Below the pieces are notes generated by a model. The model was not told where the DNA came from and ran no database searches. It saw only the letters and a program-made list of their open reading frames with translations. The translations under genes and the position numbers were made by a program. From NCBI RefSeq assembly GCF_000737315.1, contig NZ_JMCB01000013.1, positions 372,001 to 436,000 of the forward strand: a stretch of DNA of 64,000 nt, in the 5' to 3' direction. Source of the stretch: Hyalangium minutum. GTDB taxonomy: Bacteria; Myxococcota; Myxococcia; Myxococcales; Myxococcaceae. Below, in pieces: positions 37,011-45,553 of the stretch; positions within the stretch are counted from its first letter, which is position 1; every line of letters starts with the position of its first letter.

Positions 37011-38519
37011 GTGGGTAGCCAGTCGTCCCTCGCGCTGCCCGTGACGCTCGCCGAACTCGAGTCGCACCTCTGGGAGGCCGCGAACATCCTGCGCGGCAGC
37101 CCGGTCGACCGCACCGACTGGAAGTCGTACATCCTGCCGCTGCTCTTCTTCAAACGCATCTGCGACGTGTGGGACGAGGAGCACGCCGCGATGCTCGCCG
37201 AGTACGGCGAGGACTTCGCCGACGAGCACCGCTTCCAGGTGCCCGAGGGCTGCCACTGGTCCGCCGTACGCCGCGCGCCGAAGAATGTCGGCACCGCGCT
37301 CGCCAATGCGTTGCGCGGCATCGAGGCCGCGAACCAGGAGCACCTTTACGGCGTGTTCGGCGACGCGCAGTGGACCAACAAGGACCGGCTGCCCGACGAG
37401 CTGCTCAAGGACCTCATCGAGCACTTCTCGGCGCTCTCGCTGGGTAACGCCCGCGTCGCTTCCGACGTGATGGGCGACGCCTACGAGTACCTCATCAAGC
37501 AGTTCGCCGACGCGACCAACAAGAAAGCGGGCGAGTTCTACACCCCGCGCAGCGTCGTACGCTTGATGGTCGACATCCTCGACCCCAAGGAAGGCGAGAC
37601 GATCTACGACCCGGCCTGTGGCACGGGCGGCATGCTGCTCGCGGCCGTAGAGCACGTGCGCGAGCGCGGCGGTGATCCACGGACCTTCTTCGGCAAGCTG
37701 TATGGCCAGGAGAAGAACCTCACCACCGCCTCGGTCGCGCGGATGAACCTCTTCCTGCACGGCATTGAGGACTTCGTCATCGAGCGCGGCGACACCCTCC
37801 GCAACCCGGTGTTCACCGACGAGAGCACTGATGGCCTCGCGACCTTCGACGTCGTCATCGCCAACCCGCCGTTCTCGCTGGAACAGTGGGGCCGCGAGGT
37901 GTGGGAGACGGATCCGTGGGGCCGCGCATTTGCCGGCCTGCCCACGGACAGCAACGCGGACATGGCGTGGGTGCAGCACATGGTGAAGTCGATGGCACCC
38001 AAGACCGGCCGCATGGCCGTGGTGCTCCCGCAAGGCGCGCTCTTCCGTGGCGGTGTCGAAGCGCAGATCCGTAAGCACCTCCTCGAAAAGGATCTCATCG
38101 AAGCCGTCATCGGTCTCGCACCGAACCTCTTCTACGGCACCGGCCTGGCCGCGTGCGTGCTGGTGCTTCGCCAGCACAAGGAGAAGCGCAAGAAGGGCAA
38201 GGTCCTCATCGTTGATGCGTCCTCAGTGTTCCGCCGCGGGCGAGCGCAGAACTTCATGGACCCGGCGCATGTCACCGAGGTCCACTCGTGGGTGCAGGGC
38301 TTCGCCGACGTCCAGGATCGCGCGCGCGTTGTCGACCTCTCGGAGATCGAGAAGGAGGGCTGGACTCTGAACATCTCGCGTTACGTGCTTCCTCCCATCG
38401 GGGCCGACATCCCGCCGCTTCCCGTCGCTGTCGCCGCTTTCAAGGACGCCCTCGCGAAGTGCCGCGAGGCCGAAGACAACCTTCGTCGTGTCATGCGCGA
38501 GGGAGGTTGGTTGTCGTGA
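37011..38519 (+). CDS. hsdM: Type I R-M methyltransferase subunit M1 (NPPF; predicted m6A)
   Basis: LESHLWEAANILRG, GEFYTPRSVV, IYDPACGTGGML, VIANPPF; start may be GTG at 37041. Confidence 0.95.
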   Translation: MGSQSSLALPVTLAELESHLWEAANILRGSPVDRTDWKSYILPLLFFKRICDVWDEEHAAMLAEYGEDFADEHRFQVPEGCHWSAVRRAPKNVGTALANALRGIEAANQEHLYGVFGDAQWTNKDRLPDELLKDLIEHFSALSLGNARVASDVMGDAYEYLIKQFADATNKKAGEFYTPRSVVRLMVDILDPKEGETIYDPACGTGGMLLAAVEHVRERGGDPRTFFGKLYGQEKNLTTASVARMNLFLHGIEDFVIERGDTLRNPVFTDESTDGLATFDVVIANPPFSLEQWGREVWETDPWGRAFAGLPTDSNADMAWVQHMVKSMAPKTGRMAVVLPQGALFRGGVEAQIRKHLLEKDLIEAVIGLAPNLFYGTGLAACVLVLRQHKEKRKKGKVLIVDASSVFRRGRAQNFMDPAHVTEVHSWVQGFADVQDRARVVDLSEIEKEGWTLNISRYVLPPIGADIPPLPVAVAAFKDALAKCREAEDNLRRVMREGGWLS

Positions 38520-38527
38520 CCACGCAC

Positions 38528-40048
38528 ATGACCCAGCAAGAGCTTGAGTCGTATCTGTGGGGCGCTGCTGTCATCCTGCGCGGCCTGGTCGATGCTGGGG
38601 ACTACAAGCAGTTCGCCTTCCCGCTGATCTTCTTCAAGCGCCTCTCGGACGTGTGGGACGAGGACTACGCCGCCGCCCTCGCCGAGTCGAAGGGCGACAC
38701 GAGGTACGCGACCGCGACGGCCAACGACCGATTCGTGATCCCGGACGGTTCGCACTGGAAGGACGTGCGCGCCGCCGCGAAGGACGTGGGCAAGAAGCTC
38801 CAGACAGCGCTCCGCGCGATCGAGGCGGCGAATCCGGGGCGACTCGACGGCATCTTCGGCGACGCTCCGTGGACCAACAAGGAGCGCCTCCCCGATGTCA
38901 CGCTGAAGAACCTGCTCGAGCACTTCTCGGGGCAGACGCTCTCGATCGCGAACGTGCCCGAGGACGAGCTCGGCAACGGCTACGAGTTCCTCATCAAGAA
39001 GTTCGCCGACGACAGCGGGCACACGGCGCAGGAGTTCTACACGAACCGCACCGTCGTCCACCTCATGGTACAGATGCTTGAGCCGAAGAGCGGCGAGAGC
39101 ATCTACGACCCGACCTGCGGCACCGGCGGCATGCTCATCTCGGCGCTCGCCGAGGTAAAGCGAAAGCGCGGCGAGCACCGGACGCTCAAGCTCTTCGGTC
39201 AAGAGCGGAACCACATGACGGCGTCCATCGCGCGCATGAACCTCGTGCTTCATGGTGTGGAGGACTGCGAGATCGCGCGCGGCGACACGCTGGCCGCGCC
39301 AGCATTCCACGAGGCCGACCGGCTCAAGATGTTCGATGTGGTCCTCGCGAACCCGCCGTATTCGATCAAGCAGTGGAACCGCGAGGCGTGGACCACCGAC
39401 CCCTGGGGCCGAAACTTTCTCGGAACGCCACCGCAGGGCCGCGCCGACTACGCGTTCTTCCAACACATCTTGAAGAGCATGGACCCGAAGACGGGGCGCT
39501 GCGCGATCCTCTTTCCGCACGGTGTGCTCTTTCGGAAGGAGGAGGCCGAGCTGCGCAAGAAGCTCGTCGAGGCCGACCTCATAGACTGCGTGCTCGGGCT
39601 CGGACCGAACCTCTTCTACAACTCACCGATGGAGGCGTGCGTCATCTTCTGCCGCTCCAAAAAGCCGCCGAAGAAGCGCGGCAAGGTGCTGCTCATCAAC
39701 GCGGTAAACGAGATAGCGCGTGAGCGGGCGATGAGCTTCCTTCGTCCCGAGCACCAGCAGCGCATCGAGGCCGCCTATGACGCGTTCGTCGACGAGGAGG
39801 GCTTCGCGCAGGTCGCGACGATCGACGACATCGCCGCGCAGGGCTACAGCCTCTCGATCCCCCTCTACGTGAAACGCGACACCGCTGCCTCGGGTGCGAG
39901 CACGGAGTCGGCACCTTCTCTCGCGCAGTCGTGGGCCGCCTGGGAGGAGTCGGGCCGCGCCTTCTGGACCGAGATGGACGCTGTGGTCGACATGCTCGAC
40001 GGCCTCGTCGCCGAAGAGCCGGAGCTCGCGGAGGTGGCCAATGGCTAG
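38528..40048 (+). CDS. hsdM: Type I R-M methyltransferase subunit M2 (NPPY; predicted m4C)
   Basis: LESYLWGAAVILRG, QEFYTNRTVV, IYDPTCGTGGML, VLANPPY; GTG at 38516 overlapping the M1 stop is an alternative start. Confidence 0.95.
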   Translation: MTQQELESYLWGAAVILRGLVDAGDYKQFAFPLIFFKRLSDVWDEDYAAALAESKGDTRYATATANDRFVIPDGSHWKDVRAAAKDVGKKLQTALRAIEAANPGRLDGIFGDAPWTNKERLPDVTLKNLLEHFSGQTLSIANVPEDELGNGYEFLIKKFADDSGHTAQEFYTNRTVVHLMVQMLEPKSGESIYDPTCGTGGMLISALAEVKRKRGEHRTLKLFGQERNHMTASIARMNLVLHGVEDCEIARGDTLAAPAFHEADRLKMFDVVLANPPYSIKQWNREAWTTDPWGRNFLGTPPQGRADYAFFQHILKSMDPKTGRCAILFPHGVLFRKEEAELRKKLVEADLIDCVLGLGPNLFYNSPMEACVIFCRSKKPPKKRGKVLLINAVNEIARERAMSFLRPEHQQRIEAAYDAFVDEEGFAQVATIDDIAAQGYSLSIPLYVKRDTAASGASTESAPSLAQSWAAWEESGRAFWTEMDAVVDMLDGLVAEEPELAEVANG

Positions 40049-41231
40049 GGGCTCCGCGACATGGAAGCGGGTGAAGTTCGGCGAAATCGCGCAATGCGTG
40101 AACGACCGCGTCGACGATCCGAAGGCTGCGGGAGTTGATCGCTACGTCGGCCTCGAACACCTCGACCCGGAGAGCCTCTCAGTCCGTCGATGGGGTACGC
40201 CCGATGATGTTGAGTCGACGAAGCTCCGGTTCAAGCCGGGCGATATCATCTTCGGGAAGCGGCGAGCCTACCAACGCAAGCTCGCCGTCGCTGACTTCGA
40301 GGGAATCTGCTCAGCGCACGCAATGGTGCTTCGTGCGAAGCCGGACGCGGTGTTTCCCGAGTTCTTGCCGTTTTTCATGCAGAGTGACCCCTTCATGGAG
40401 CGCGCAATCGCAATCTCCGTCGGTTCACTTTCGCCGACAATCAACTGGAAAACCCTCGCTGAGGAGGAATTCACGCTACCGCCGCTGGAGGCGCAGCGGC
40501 GGCTTTCCACCGCGCTCCAAGCTGCCCGAGCTTGCCGAGAGTCATTTCTAGAAACGCAACGCGCCATTGAGGCGACGCGGCGTTCCCTCCTGTTCTCGAT
40601 CTTCCGTCCTCGCCGTGGCCCCGCCGATCACTTTCCGGCTCATTGGCGCCGCGTTCGCGTAGGAGAGGCTGGGGACACACAGGTCGGCATTCGCAAACAT
40701 CCGGGAAGCCTCCAAGGCCAGAACATGCGGCCGTACCTGCGAGTCGCGAACGTCCTCGATGGATGGATCGATTGGAGGGACCTCATGGAGATCAACGTCC
40801 CCGACCAGGATCTGGTGCGCTGCACTCTCCGCGATGGCGACATCCTGATCAACAAGGGCAACTCCATGAGCTTAGTCGGACGGTCGGCTGTCTTTCGAAG
40901 CCGTGGAAGCGACTGTTTCTTTCAAGACCACCTTATGCGCTTCCGTGCCCACGCCCACGTCCACGTAGGTTTTACCCAGGCGTACTTCCAGCATCTTCTC
41001 TACACGCTGCAGTTCACAAGAATCGCCGTGGCATCGACGTCTATCGCCACAATCCCTAGCGATAGCTTCGAGGCGCTTCCCTTTCCGCTGCCGCCCCTTG
41101 AGGAGCAACACGCGATCGTGCAACAAATCGACGGGGTCCTTTGGGCGTCAGGGCAACTCGGAGCGAGATTGGCCGAACAAGAGAAGCTAAGCCGCAGGCT
41201 GTCAGCAGCGATGAGCGGGATGCAGCCGTGA
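40041..41231 (+). CDS. hsdS: Type I R-M specificity subunit
   Basis: Two TRDs opened by WKRVKFGEI and WRRVRVGEA, each closed by LPPLE(A/E)Q plus a helical spacer. Confidence 0.92.
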   Translation: MARGSATWKRVKFGEIAQCVNDRVDDPKAAGVDRYVGLEHLDPESLSVRRWGTPDDVESTKLRFKPGDIIFGKRRAYQRKLAVADFEGICSAHAMVLRAKPDAVFPEFLPFFMQSDPFMERAIAISVGSLSPTINWKTLAEEEFTLPPLEAQRRLSTALQAARACRESFLETQRAIEATRRSLLFSIFRPRRGPADHFPAHWRRVRVGEAGDTQVGIRKHPGSLQGQNMRPYLRVANVLDGWIDWRDLMEINVPDQDLVRCTLRDGDILINKGNSMSLVGRSAVFRSRGSDCFFQDHLMRFRAHAHVHVGFTQAYFQHLLYTLQFTRIAVASTSIATIPSDSFEALPFPLPPLEEQHAIVQQIDGVLWASGQLGARLAEQEKLSRRLSAAMSGMQP

Positions 41232-44194
41232 CCTTCAGCGAGGCATCCACCGTCGAGAACCTCGTCCGCGACCTGCTCTGCGGCAGCGTCACGCACCACA
41301 CCGCCGTCGGCGCCGGGCTCGCGCGCAAGAGCGGCAAGCTTGCCGGCCTCGGCTGGCACTACCTGGCGCGCGCGAGCATCCCGCGTCAGCCCCATGAGGT
41401 CTTCGTCGAGGACTGGATTCGTGACGCGCTCATTCGGCTGAACCCCGAGATCGCCGCCGTTCCCGACCGCGCCGACGAGGTTCTCTACAAGCTACGGGCG
41501 ATCGTGCTCGCGGTGCGCTCCGACGGCCTGCTCAAGGCGAACGAGGAGCTGACCGCGTGGCTGCGTGGGGACCGATCGATGCCCTTCGGGCCGAACCACG
41601 AGCACGTCACCGTTCGCCTCATCGACTTCGAGAACATCGAGAACAACCACTACGTCGTCACGAGCCAGTTCACCTTCCGCGCTGGCTCCGCCGAACGGCG
41701 CGCGGACCTCGTGCTGCTCGTCAACGGCCTGCCCATCGTCCTCATCGAGGCCAAGACGCCCGTGCGCCATGCGGTGAGTTGGCTCGACGGCGCACTCCAG
41801 GTCCACGACGACTACGAGAAGAACGTTCCGGAGCTGTTCGTCGCCAACGCGTTCAGCGTCGCCACCGAGGGCAAGGAGCTGATGTACGGCGCCGTTCGCA
41901 TGCCCGTGAACCTGTGGGGCCCGTGGCGTGGCGAGGACGAGGCGACGCCGGGCACGCTCGCGGGGCTGAAGGCGGCGGTGAGCGGCCTCCTTCGCCCGGC
42001 GGTGGTGCTGGACATCCTCGCCCACTTCACGCTCTTCGCGACGGACAAGAAGAAGCGCCGCATCAAGGTCGTTTGCCGCTATCAGCAGTACGAGGCGGTG
42101 AACCTCATCGTGCAGCGCGTCCTCGCCGGCAAGCCGCGAAAGGGCCTCATCTGGCACTTCCAGGGCTCGGGCAAGTCGCTGCTCATGGTGTTCGCCGCGC
42201 AGAAGCTCCGGCTCCAGCCCGAGCTCGGCAACCCCACGGTCATCATCGTCGTCGACCGCATCGATCTCGACGCGCAGATCAGCTCCACGTTCCACGCCTC
42301 CGACGTGCCGAACCTCGTGAAGGCCGAGACGCGCGAGGACCTTCAGCGGCTGCTGAAGCAGGACACACGCAAGATCATCATCACGACGATCTTCAAGTTC
42401 GGCGAGGCCGAGGGCGTGCTGAACGACCGCGGCAACATCGTTGCCCTCGTCGACGAAGCGCATCGTACGCAGGAGGGCGACCTCGGCATGAAGATGCGTG
42501 CGTCGCTGCCGAACGCGTTCCTCTTCGGCCTCACCGGAACGCCCATCAACCGGCGCGACAGGAATACGTTCTACGCCTTCGGCGCCGAGGAGGACGCGCG
42601 CGGCTACATGAGCCGCTACGGCTTCGAGGAGTCGATCCGCGACGGCGCGACTTTGAGGCTTCACTTCGAGCCGCGCCTCGTCGATCTGCACATCGACAAG
42701 GCCGCCATCGACCAAGCCTACCAGGCGCTCACGGGCGAACTCTCCGACCTCGACAAGGACAACCTCGCGAAGGCCGCCTCCAGGATGGCGGTGCTCGTGA
42801 AAGTGCCCGAGCGCGTGCAGAAGATCTGCGAGGACATTGCCAGGCACTACCAGGACGCGGTCTCGCCCAACGGCTTCAAGGGCATGGTCGTGACCTTCGA
42901 CCAGGAGTGCTGCCTGCTTTACAAGGCGGCGCTCGACAAGCTGCTGCCGCCCGAGGCGACGGAGATCGTCATCTCGGCCACGGGCTCCGATGAGCGCTTC
43001 AAGCCCTACGCGCGCTCACGGGACGAGGAGGAGAGGCTCCTCGATCGCTTCCGCGATCCCAACGATCCGCTGAAGCTCCTCATCGTCACAGCGAAGCTGC
43101 TCACGGGCTTCGACGCGCCGATCCTCCAGGTCATGTACCTGGACAAGCCGTTGCGCGACCACACGCTGCTCCAGGCCATCTGCCGTACGAACCGCACGTA
43201 CGGCGACAAGAAGACTCACGGCCTCATCGTCGACTACCTCGGTGTGTTCGACGATGTGGCCAAGGCGCTGGAGTTCGACGAGAAGGGCTTCCGCAGCGTC
43301 GTCGGCAACATCGAGGGGCTCAAGGCCCAGCTCCCCGAGGCGATGCAGAAGTGCCTCGCGTTCTTCCCCGGGATTGACCGCATGCAGACCGGCTACGAGG
43401 GCCTGATAGCGGCGCAGGAGTGCCTGCCGAACAACGACGTGCGCGACGCCTTCGCCGCCGAGTACTCGGTGCTCGGCAAGCTCTGGGAGGCCATCTCGCC
43501 TGATCCGATGCTGCTGCCGTTCGAGGTCGACTACCGCTGGCTCACGCAGGTGTACGTCTCGGTCCAGCCGACGAGCGGCACGGGCAAGCTCGTGTGGCAC
43601 GCGCTCGGCGCGAAGACCATCGAGCTGATTCACCAGAACGTCCACGTCGAGGCGGTACGCGACGACCTCGAGACGCTGGTGCTCGATGCCGAGCTGCTCG
43701 AGGCGGTGATGGGTTCACCCGACCCGAAGAAGCGGGCCAAGGAGTTCGAGCTCAAGCTCACCGCGCGCCTGCGTAAGCACATGGGCAACCCTCGCTACAA
43801 GGCGCTGTCCGAACGCCTCGAGGCGCTCAAGGAGCGACACGAGCAGGGGCTGCTAAACAGCGTGGAGTTCTTGAAGCATCTCCTCGAGCTCGCCCGCGAC
43901 TTCGTCCGCACCGAGAAGGACACGCCACCCGAGGAGGACGAAGACCGCGGCAAGGCCGCCCTCACCGAACTGTTCCAGCAGGTGAAGAGCGACAAGACGC
44001 CCGTGATGGTCGAGCGCGTGGTCGCCGACATCGACGAGATCGTGCGACTCGTCCGCTTCCCCGGCTGGCAGAACACGGCGGCCGGCGAGCGCGAGGTGAA
44101 GAAGGCCCTCCGCAAGAGCCTGCTCAAGTACCAACTCCACCAGGACGCCGACCTCTTCGAGCGCGCCTACGGCTACATCCGTCAGTACTACTGA
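41228..44194 (+). CDS. hsdR: Type I R-M restriction subunit
   Basis: ADLVLLVNGLPIVLIEAK nuclease motif, HFQGSGKS, VDEAHR, TGTP, LLTGFDAP, QAICRTNR; GTG start overlaps the hsdS stop. Confidence 0.95.
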   Translation: MTFSEASTVENLVRDLLCGSVTHHTAVGAGLARKSGKLAGLGWHYLARASIPRQPHEVFVEDWIRDALIRLNPEIAAVPDRADEVLYKLRAIVLAVRSDGLLKANEELTAWLRGDRSMPFGPNHEHVTVRLIDFENIENNHYVVTSQFTFRAGSAERRADLVLLVNGLPIVLIEAKTPVRHAVSWLDGALQVHDDYEKNVPELFVANAFSVATEGKELMYGAVRMPVNLWGPWRGEDEATPGTLAGLKAAVSGLLRPAVVLDILAHFTLFATDKKKRRIKVVCRYQQYEAVNLIVQRVLAGKPRKGLIWHFQGSGKSLLMVFAAQKLRLQPELGNPTVIIVVDRIDLDAQISSTFHASDVPNLVKAETREDLQRLLKQDTRKIIITTIFKFGEAEGVLNDRGNIVALVDEAHRTQEGDLGMKMRASLPNAFLFGLTGTPINRRDRNTFYAFGAEEDARGYMSRYGFEESIRDGATLRLHFEPRLVDLHIDKAAIDQAYQALTGELSDLDKDNLAKAASRMAVLVKVPERVQKICEDIARHYQDAVSPNGFKGMVVTFDQECCLLYKAALDKLLPPEATEIVISATGSDERFKPYARSRDEEERLLDRFRDPNDPLKLLIVTAKLLTGFDAPILQVMYLDKPLRDHTLLQAICRTNRTYGDKKTHGLIVDYLGVFDDVAKALEFDEKGFRSVVGNIEGLKAQLPEAMQKCLAFFPGIDRMQTGYEGLIAAQECLPNNDVRDAFAAEYSVLGKLWEAISPDPMLLPFEVDYRWLTQVYVSVQPTSGTGKLVWHALGAKTIELIHQNVHVEAVRDDLETLVLDAELLEAVMGSPDPKKRAKEFELKLTARLRKHMGNPRYKALSERLEALKERHEQGLLNSVEFLKHLLELARDFVRTEKDTPPEEDEDRGKAALTELFQQVKSDKTPVMVERVVADIDEIVRLVRFPGWQNTAAGEREVKKALRKSLLKYQLHQDADLFERAYGYIRQYY

Positions 44195-44196
44195 CC

Positions 44197-44325
44197 ATGA
44201 CGAAGCCGCTGCCGCCGCTCGTCGCATGGATTCGCCCGCCCGAGCCGATTCGAGGCCTCGACCTTCTCGGCGTGCAGGCTCCGTGCATCGCGCTCTACGG
44301 GCAGCTCCTTTCGGGCATCACGGCT
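44197..44325 (+). pseudogene. 5' remnant of a defence-island-associated gene (GLD(P/L)LG...LL(P/S)GIT family)
   Basis: Starts 2 bp after hsdR; RGLDLLGVQAPCIALYGQLLSGIT resembles the N-terminus of larger proteins I recall from defence loci. Coding-like signal is lost after about 42 codons. Confidence 0.5.
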
Positions 44326-44502
44326 CAGCCTCCTCTGAGTGGCAGCGGTTCATCGTCAAGCCTCTCTGTGAGGACCGAGCCCTCACTTCTCACTGGGAGG
44401 GCTGGTCGGAATAGGGGCACAGGTCGGCAAAGGTAGGCATAGGCTCAAGCAAGGAGGGTGTGGCCATCTCCGGTCCCCCGAGGGGAGCGGCCCGTTCATC
44501 GG

Positions 44503-44518
44503 AGCTAACTGGTTAGCT
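44503..44518. repeat. 16-bp palindrome AGCTAAC-TG-GTTAGCT (extendable to 20 bp), inverted relative of the sites at 36714 and 36768
   Basis: GGAGCTAACTGGTTAGCTCC at 44501-44520. Confidence 0.9.
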
Positions 44519-44627
44519 CCGGCCACAGGGCTCGCGCGTCGTTTGTGAGTTCGAGTGACTCGCCTCGTTCCAACACTCGCTGCACCAGTGCCCGAATAGG
44601 GTCCCATTTCTCAGGGAGACGCGTCAT
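44505..44627 (-). pseudogene. Truncated DUSAM-domain gene
   Basis: MTRLPEKWDPIRALVQRVLERGESLELTNDARAL matches the DUSAM N-terminus as recalled, then runs into the palindrome and stops (WPELTS*). Confidence 0.7.
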
Positions 44628-45519
44628 CTGGACGGCAGGCGAAGGGCGAGTCTGGCCCGCGTTGCTGGCACCGGAACCCTTCCGCGCAGGCCCCTTGTTC
44701 CTCAGGGGTGCAACGTGGGAGGCACTGCCAGACATCGCAGATCTTCCCTGCTCCACAGGGGGGAACACCAGGCCCGCATCGCTCGATGCATTCCATCCAC
44801 ACCGTGTCTGATTGGGTCGGCTCCGTCAGCGCCCGGCAGGCCTGGCCTTCGGGGCAGGGGCTTTCCCAGCAGGAGGGCCCGTACACCCGTGCGCAGACCG
44901 AGGCGCCTTCCGGGAAGACGACACAGCGCTGGCCTTGGGCGCACTCTCGTCCTGCGCACGTGGGCAGGCATGTGGGCTCGGGAATTGTCTCCGCACAGAA
45001 GAATCCGGTGGGGCACCCGGTGGACTCGACACCCGGCAGGCACGGGCGGCCGCACCAATGATAGGGATTGCCGCTGCACACCAGCCCGGCAGCGCAAGCG
45101 TGCCCTTTGTCCCGCGGGGCGGGATCACAGAACTCGCCCTCCTGCCGTTCCCCTGGCGGAATGCAGATGCGCACCTGGAGCCCTTGCTCCTTTGTCGCGA
45201 GAGCACGGCAGAACTGGCCCTCTGGGCACTGCGCGTCCGTCAGGCACTGGCTGTCTGTGCAATACGCCTGGTTGTACCGGGCCTCGAACAAGCAGCCCAA
45301 TGGAGGCTCGCAGTCGGCGCCCGACATGCACTCGTGGCGGTAGGTCATCAGCCGTAACCTCCGATCGGTATCGAGCATGGGGAGGATGCGCGTGCCGCCG
45401 AGGGCTGTGTCCGTTGACAGCTCTCGCTCTTGGAGGACCCGGAGGAGCAGGACGAGCGGCAGCGGCAGCAGGAGGCTCAGGCACACCGCAGCGGCTCTGC
45501 GACAGCTTGCCTTGTGCAC
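44611..45519 (-). CDS. Membrane-anchored/secreted Cys-rich repeat protein
   Basis: N-terminal hydrophobic helix and more than 30 Cys in repeated C-x3-x-C-x4/5-C units. Confidence 0.8.
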   Translation of the reverse strand: MHKASCRRAAAVCLSLLLPLPLVLLLRVLQERELSTDTALGGTRILPMLDTDRRLRLMTYRHECMSGADCEPPLGCLFEARYNQAYCTDSQCLTDAQCPEGQFCRALATKEQGLQVRICIPPGERQEGEFCDPAPRDKGHACAAGLVCSGNPYHWCGRPCLPGVESTGCPTGFFCAETIPEPTCLPTCAGRECAQGQRCVVFPEGASVCARVYGPSCWESPCPEGQACRALTEPTQSDTVWMECIERCGPGVPPCGAGKICDVWQCLPRCTPEEQGACAEGFRCQQRGPDSPFACRPDDASP

Positions 45520-45553
45520 CTACGGTCCTCCGCATGGTGTGCACTGACGGCAG

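Larger units (their letters stand above)
36706..44525. mobile_element. Defence cassette inserted after tRNA-Leu, bounded by inverted palindromic end sites
   Basis: Starts right after the tRNA terminator; holds the R-M genes; ends at a related palindrome (44503-44518) where a DUSAM gene is cut. No integrase or tRNA duplication seen. Confidence 0.6.

Noticed and set aside
37011-40048. One hsdM split by a frameshift or stop
   Set aside because: Each ORF is about 500 aa with its own N-terminal domain and motifs I and IV; they are paralogues.
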